Of a stretch of 64,000 bases of DNA, positions 62,526 to 64,000 are shown one piece after another. The DNA is taken from positions 5,420-69,419 of the forward strand of contig JAFVYB010000114.1 in NCBI GenBank assembly GCA_017500825.1, given 5' to 3'. The translations under genes were made by a program, and so were the position numbers. Positions within the stretch are counted from its first letter, which is position 1, and each line of letters begins with the position of its first letter. Origin of the DNA: Myxococcaceae bacterium. Its GTDB lineage: Bacteria > Myxococcota > Myxococcia > Myxococcales > UBA5297. The notes beneath the pieces are model-generated. The model saw only the letters and a program-made list of their open reading frames with translations. It did no database searches and was not told the DNA's origin.

Positions 62526-64000
62526 ACAACGATGAAAGAAAGCAAAAGGCATTGGAAATCCTTACCGATATGGGATTAAAAAATCTAGAGTACTTGGGAC
62601 AGGGATGTGAAGGCATCGTTTTTCACGATGGTGTCTCTGTTTACAAAGTGCTCGTTCCATTTTATTTTGGGAAAAACAAAAACGAAACATTGCGACGTTT
62701 GTCCTACTTTCGAAATATTTCAGAGTGTCAAAACATATACAGACTTGAAGAAATTTGTGAACACAGCGGATTCATCATTGAAAAATATCCCTATGAACGA
62801 TCAATCCCCTGCGAAAGTATTACTGAGAGTGAAGCGATAGAATTTCTCACTGCGTGCTGGCAGGAAAAATTGATCGTTAAAGATTGTAAATTAAAGAACT
62901 TTGTTCGTGTAAACGGAAAGGTGAAGCTCGTAGATCTGGATGCCTGTGGATACAATGATAATTTGTTTCTTAATATGTGCATAAGATCGTTTTTGTATTC
63001 TATTTTTTATAATAAAATTAATTTCGAAGCATTTCAAAAACTTCAACGGAGCGCGATAAATAATTTCGATTTACCGGAACTCGAGGGAGCACGCGAATTT
63101 GTGAATAAAGTTTTTGCAAATATAATTTTTGAAGAATCAAAATCTGTTATACAAGGGTTTAAAATCCGCGAAGATGTCTATGACAACAACATATACCTTG
63201 CCGGAAATCTGCCGAATTTTGAAAATATTTTTTATGCTGGGATTAAGGAAAATAAATTTTTGAAAGATATAAAAATTTCAGATGTAATTATCAACGAGAA
63301 CTTATATTTTGAGCCACAAAAAGTCGTCGTTCACTTTGATGAATTAAAGCCGCTTAAAGAGAAAGTAACGCTTTTAATAAAAACATGTGCACAGGACGAA
63401 TTTACTGTTGAAGCCAATGTCAAACACATCGTCAGACAATTGTCTTCGCCCAATCCATTTTCTGAAATAGTGGTTTTAATTGATTCGAAAAAAAGTGACT
63501 TTCTCAGAGAATTTAATTCTCGCGGAACTTTGAATGGTATTATCGAACGAGTTCAGAAGCTTCAAGAAGCGGGGATCATTGATCGATTTGTTGTTTATGA
63601 TGATTCAAAGACAGAGGAAATAAATTTACGCTGGTTTAATTTGCCGTCGAAGTATGCGCACACGACCAAAAACATTCCTGTAAGTTCTCAGCTGTATGCA
63701 TTTGAGCAATGTTCTGGCGACTACATTTTACAAGCTGATTGCGATGTTCTGATTGGAAGAAAGGATTATAACCATTCTTTTTTAACGGATATGATTGCAC
63801 AGCTGAAACAGAATGAACGAGTTATATCAGTCGGGTTCAATATTTATAACAGGGAGTCAAAAGAATATTTCGGTTTTGACAATGGAAGTTTTGTCCCTGA
63901 AGTACGTCTAGGTTTATTTGACAAAAAACGCTTTTTCTCCTTGAAGCCCTTTCCAAACGAACTTGATTCAGACGGTAAATTAAAACTATCCTGGTACCGT
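62522..64000 (+). CDS. Fusion of a minimal protein-kinase-like (PKL) domain and a GT-A-type glycosyltransferase-like domain; 3' end runs off the window
   Basis: Not in the ORF track (no stop in the window). My translation of 493 codons contains no stop: MNNDERKQKALEILTDMGLKNLEYLGQGCEGIVFHDGVSVYKV...LIVKDCKLKNFVRVNGKVKLVDLDACG... (GxGxxG loop, VYK lysine, DxKxxN catalytic loop, DLD), then ...VTLLIKTCAQDEF...VVLIDSKKS...GDYILQADCDVLIG (GT-A DxD-like). Its start overlaps the upstream stop (ATGA at 62522-62525). Confidence 0.75.
   Translation, partial: MNNDERKQKALEILTDMGLKNLEYLGQGCEGIVFHDGVSVYKVLVPFYFGKNKNETLRRLSYFRNISECQNIYRLEEICEHSGFIIEKYPYERSIPCESITESEAIEFLTACWQEKLIVKDCKLKNFVRVNGKVKLVDLDACGYNDNLFLNMCIRSFLYSIFYNKINFEAFQKLQRSAINNFDLPELEGAREFVNKVFANIIFEESKSVIQGFKIREDVYDNNIYLAGNLPNFENIFYAGIKENKFLKDIKISDVIINENLYFEPQKVVVHFDELKPLKEKVTLLIKTCAQDEFTVEANVKHIVRQLSSPNPFSEIVVLIDSKKSDFLREFNSRGTLNGIIERVQKLQEAGIIDRFVVYDDSKTEEINLRWFNLPSKYAHTTKNIPVSSQLYAFEQCSGDYILQADCDVLIGRKDYNHSFLTDMIAQLKQNERVISVGFNIYNRESKEYFGFDNGSFVPEVRLGLFDKKRFFSLKPFPNELDSDGKLKLSWYR

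Overview
This is a 64-kb window from a high-GC bacterial chromosome. My hand counts of single 60-nt lines give about 65-73% G+C in the core genes. Abundant FHA and Hanks-kinase signalling, a Tad/Kil-like pilus module, an AMIN-domain protein and an H1-like basic protein suggest a Myxococcota-like or other predatory 'delta-proteobacterial' lineage. That placement is inference and cannot be verified here.

Most of the window is housekeeping: a CDF transporter, polA, folC, rarA, ccsA-like, alr, mlaE, rimP-nusA-infB, pspA, a MOFRL glycerate kinase, a DtxR-family regulator, tcdA, murJ, an STPK, a DUF1385 gene with rpmE, ligA, ttcA and gyrA. The very high GC creates many long antisense ORFs in the supplied track, and I rejected those.

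Four regions stand out:
1. 3.8-10.3 kb: a lower-GC Tad/Kil-like module (prepilin peptidase, secretin, FHA-fused CpaF ATPase, double-FHA membrane protein). It has no tadB/tadC/flp genes, and a G13 tract sits just upstream of it.
2. 29.0-36.1 kb: a co-directional cluster led by pspA. It contains two tandem paralogous membrane coiled-coil proteins, a large single-pass protein and a translationally coupled ABC ATPase with no permease.
3. 55.65-55.95 kb: an AT-rich spacer upstream of gyrA, bracketed by an exact 16-nt direct repeat and carrying five same-strand CATTCA motifs.
4. 59.15 kb to the window end (most striking): immediately after the gyrA stop, G+C drops to about 32-35%. This segment holds a decayed GT4 glycosyltransferase (frameshift at a G9 tract, 3' half missing), an 838-aa GT2-epimerase-GT2 triple fusion and a translationally coupled protein-kinase-like/GT-A fusion that runs off the window.

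I saw no rRNA, tRNA, CRISPR array, transposase or integrase.
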